A stretch of 62,662 bases of DNA, counting the filler, from Chiloscyllium plagiosum (lineage: Eukaryota), in NCBI RefSeq assembly GCF_004010195.1. It is 3 parts of one record of this genome, joined end to end, with 100 filler letters (N's around TTAATTAATTAA, not from the genome) between each part and the next. Parts side by side here need not be neighbours in the genome. Positions count along the whole stretch, not along the records: positions 42,389 to 62,662 come from NC_057711.1; 2 more parts are not named here. One strand, written 5' to 3'. The notes beneath the pieces are model-generated. The model was not told the DNA's origin. It made no database searches and saw only the letters and a program-made list of their open reading frames with translations. Every line of letters starts with the position of its first letter. The stretch's first letter is position 1. Shown piece after piece: positions 62,403 to 62,662 of the stretch. The translations under genes and the position numbers were made by a program.

Positions 62403-62662
62403 GTTCCCACCTCCAACCTCATAGTCCCACTCCCATCCACCGCCTCCGACCTCATAGTCCCACAACCCCGCACCACCCATTTCTACCTCCTGCCCGAAAT
62501 CCACAAACCTGACTGCCCCGGCCGACCCATTGTCTCAGCCTGCTCCTGCCCCACCAAACTCATCTCTGCATACCTCGACACGGTCCTGTCCCCCTTAGTC
62601 CAAGAACTCCCCACCTACGTCCGGGACACCACCCATGCCCTCCACCTCCTCCATGATTTTTG
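62403..62662 (+). mobile_element. PLE RT fragment running off the window end
   Basis: 'FYLLPEIHKPDCPGRPIVSACSCPTKLISAYLDTVLSPLVQELPTYVRDTTHALHLLHDF'; same family as 42389-43815. Confidence 0.9.

Overview
Repeat-dense vertebrate genomic DNA, almost certainly from a shark: it carries HE1-type tRNA-SINEs, many CR1/HER1-like LINEs, an L1, Rex1/Babar and RTE LINE fragments, Penelope-like elements (PLEs) and a 69-70 bp minisatellite. The window is split by four assembly gaps. Two are 100-bp spacers containing the artificial six-frame-stop linker TTAATTAATTAA, so the segments may not be truly adjacent. The only host gene I can identify is the last two coding exons and 3'UTR of PAIP1 (+ strand, 45785-45860 and 53759-53849). 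About 4.5 kb past its distal polyA signal is a CpG-rich promoter with two CCAAT boxes and a textbook CDE/CHR (DREAM/MuvB) element, probably that of the syntenic gene C5orf34. The most striking unexplained structure is a set of ~200-bp fold-back insertions built only from PLE 3' ends. They pivot at a minimal hammerhead ribozyme motif, have stereotyped long and short arms, and are flanked by 12-17 bp target-site duplications (TSDs). Also notable: a 3.4-kb perfectly alternating 26-bp dimer array apparently expanded from an RTE LINE 3' end, and a CR1 inverted repeat whose inner arms appear homogenised. Most ORFs in the supplied track are transposon fragments or noise. Repeat family names come from motif recognition only and repeat boundaries are approximate.
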